From contig JACQFH010000452.1 in NCBI GenBank assembly GCA_016200145.1, forward strand, positions 11,692 through 75,691: 64,000 nt of DNA, read 5' to 3'. The notes under the pieces are model-generated. The model saw only the letters and a program-made list of their open reading frames with translations, searched no databases and was not told the origin of the DNA. Of the stretch, positions 62,674 through 64,000 are shown in pieces; position 1 is the first letter of the stretch; the number at the start of each line of letters is the position of its first letter. The stretch is from Planctomycetia bacterium. GTDB lineage: Bacteria; Planctomycetota; Planctomycetia; Planctomycetales; Planctomycetaceae. The translations under genes and the position numbers were made by a program.

Positions 62674-64000
62674 CTACTGGTCTTTATTCGCCGGCGCGTC
62701 GGGCTTCTTATCGCCAACGGGAATTCCGGGGCGGCGGCCCCCGGCGAGCTTCAGGATTTCCGCCATGATTCGCCCTCGCGCGTCGGCTGACAGCGGCGCC
62801 GAGTTCCATTCCTGCATCATCGTCTGCATCATCGTGCGGCCCATCTCGCGCATGCCCCCCGGCTGATCGGCCACCGCCTGAAACAAGGCGAAACACATTT
62901 CGTCGGTCGTCGCGTTGCCGAACAGCACGCGCTGCGGCGGCATCTGCGGATTGAACGGATTGTCAGCCGAGTTGTCGTACCACGCCTCGATCTCGAGCAC
63001 GGTTCCTTTGGGGAGCCGCACCGGATCGCCGTAGACGTAGCTGTCCTGCCAGTAGAAGTTCCATTCTTTGATCCACAGCAGGGGCTTTGCGGCGCCGTCG
63101 GGAAGCGTGGCCGTGATTTTCATTTCCCTGCCGATCAGGTGCATGTGCGGCAGGACCGAGGTCAGCGTGAGATCGACCGGCAGGGTGATTTTCGACCCCA
63201 GTCGATGGCGCGTTTCGCCGGGCGGAATCTCGATCGCCAGCGAACCCAGCAGCAGGGGATTGCGCGGCATCAATTTCGCGACCGGCTTTTTGGCGAAATA
63301 CAGCGCAATGCGGGACCGGTCGGTCTCGATCTTGCCGGACGGGTGCAGGTGAAGCTGCACGACCACGTCGGCCCCCTTGTCGAGTTTGTTGCCGACGCCG
63401 TCAGGATAGAAACGGGGCGTCATTCCGGGAGTCCAGACGCCCAGGACGCTGGTGATCGATGCATCGATTGACCCAGAGGTGCGCCAGCCTGGTTCGGGCG
63501 TTGCGGCGTCGCGAGCTCGCGCACGACCGCTGGCGTCGAGAAACACGATGGCATGATGGACGACTGCCGGGTTCCCGGGCCGGAATTCGATTCCGACGAC
63601 CATTTCATCTTTTTCGACCGGAACCGGCAGCACGAAATGCTGGAAGATGTCGGGACCGTCGGCAGGCACCTCGACCGGCACCTCGACCTCCACCACGGCG
63701 TCGGGCTCGCCGAGCCGCCATCCGGAAGCAAACACCGGCGGAGGGGGCAGGTCGTCTGCGTTCCCCTCGGCGGCGCCGGTTGCAGCCCATTTCTTGAGCA
63801 TCTCGATTTCCCGCTCAGAGAGGCGTCGCTCGTCGAGGAAATGGCCGTAGTCGACCGCGGCGCGCCAGGGGGGCATCAGCCGCTTCCCGGCGACGCGTGC
63901 AATCCCCTCGGCCCGTTTGGCCGCGTCCTGATAGCTGAGCAGCGAAAACGGCGCGACTTCCCCCGGACGGTGGCACTCGGCGCAGTGCGCGTACAGCAGC
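62674..64000 (-). CDS. Cytochrome c domain fused to a copper type-II monooxygenase (PHM/DBH)-like domain; 5' end runs off the window
   Basis: Reading upstream of the ORF-track ATG (63876), the frame stays open to the window edge and encodes LLYAHCAECHRPGEVAPFSLLSYQD (CxxCH heme motif). Downstream His clusters VVHHAIVF, LHLHPSG and PHMHLIG fit the HH...H / HxH...M copper-site pattern. Confidence 0.65.
   Translation of the reverse strand, partial: LLYAHCAECHRPGEVAPFSLLSYQDAAKRAEGIARVAGKRLMPPWRAAVDYGHFLDERRLSEREIEMLKKWAATGAAEGNADDLPPPPVFASGWRLGEPDAVVEVEVPVEVPADGPDIFQHFVLPVPVEKDEMVVGIEFRPGNPAVVHHAIVFLDASGRARARDAATPEPGWRTSGSIDASITSVLGVWTPGMTPRFYPDGVGNKLDKGADVVVQLHLHPSGKIETDRSRIALYFAKKPVAKLMPRNPLLLGSLAIEIPPGETRHRLGSKITLPVDLTLTSVLPHMHLIGREMKITATLPDGAAKPLLWIKEWNFYWQDSYVYGDPVRLPKGTVLEIEAWYDNSADNPFNPQMPPQRVLFGNATTDEMCFALFQAVADQPGGMREMGRTMMQTMMQEWNSAPLSADARGRIMAEILKLAGGRRPGIPVGDKKPDAPANKDQ

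Overview
GC-rich bacterial chromosomal window, most likely from a member of the Planctomycetota. Supporting this are a DUF1559 / H-X9-DG protein, LRR and two-TM orphan proteins, a BatA-like vWA plus DUF4175-like cluster, DUF1080, a BlaI/BlaR1(M56) pair, a G8/beta-helix protein, and very dense short-repeat families. I can support about 47 protein-coding genes. Housekeeping genes are lipB-lipA, smpB, proB, purF, a YbgC-type thioesterase, a GAF-fused alpha-glucan phosphorylase, cysI-type sulfite reductase, an RluB-type pseudouridine synthase, an LpxL-type acyltransferase, exbB-exbD-exbD, a nucleotide-sugar dehydrogenase, a PIG-L deacetylase and an M24 peptidase. Accessory content includes hipBA, a lone PglX/Eco57I-like N6-adenine methyltransferase, a truncated Y1-transposase-like gene, and a region at about 26.9-33 kb that looks lower in GC by eye. 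I recognised no rRNA, tRNA, CRISPR array or cas gene. Two things stand out. (1) A co-directional cluster at 33.1-40.3 kb pairs a BlaI repressor with a BlaR1-type M56 protease whose sensor domain is replaced by WD40 repeats. It is followed by two secreted paralogues of unknown fold, a secreted caspase/legumain-fold protein that has lost its catalytic Cys, and a secreted TPR/coiled-coil protein. This is my best candidate for an undescribed envelope signalling system. (2) At least ten families of hairpin/REP/MITE-like repeats fill almost every intergenic gap longer than 150 nt. Some are nested, one flanks and truncates the Y1-transposase-like gene, and several lie in frame inside an ORF. All calls rest on reading the translations and nucleotide patterns by eye. 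No database search was run, and start codons are often uncertain because the ORF track also uses GTG/TTG starts.
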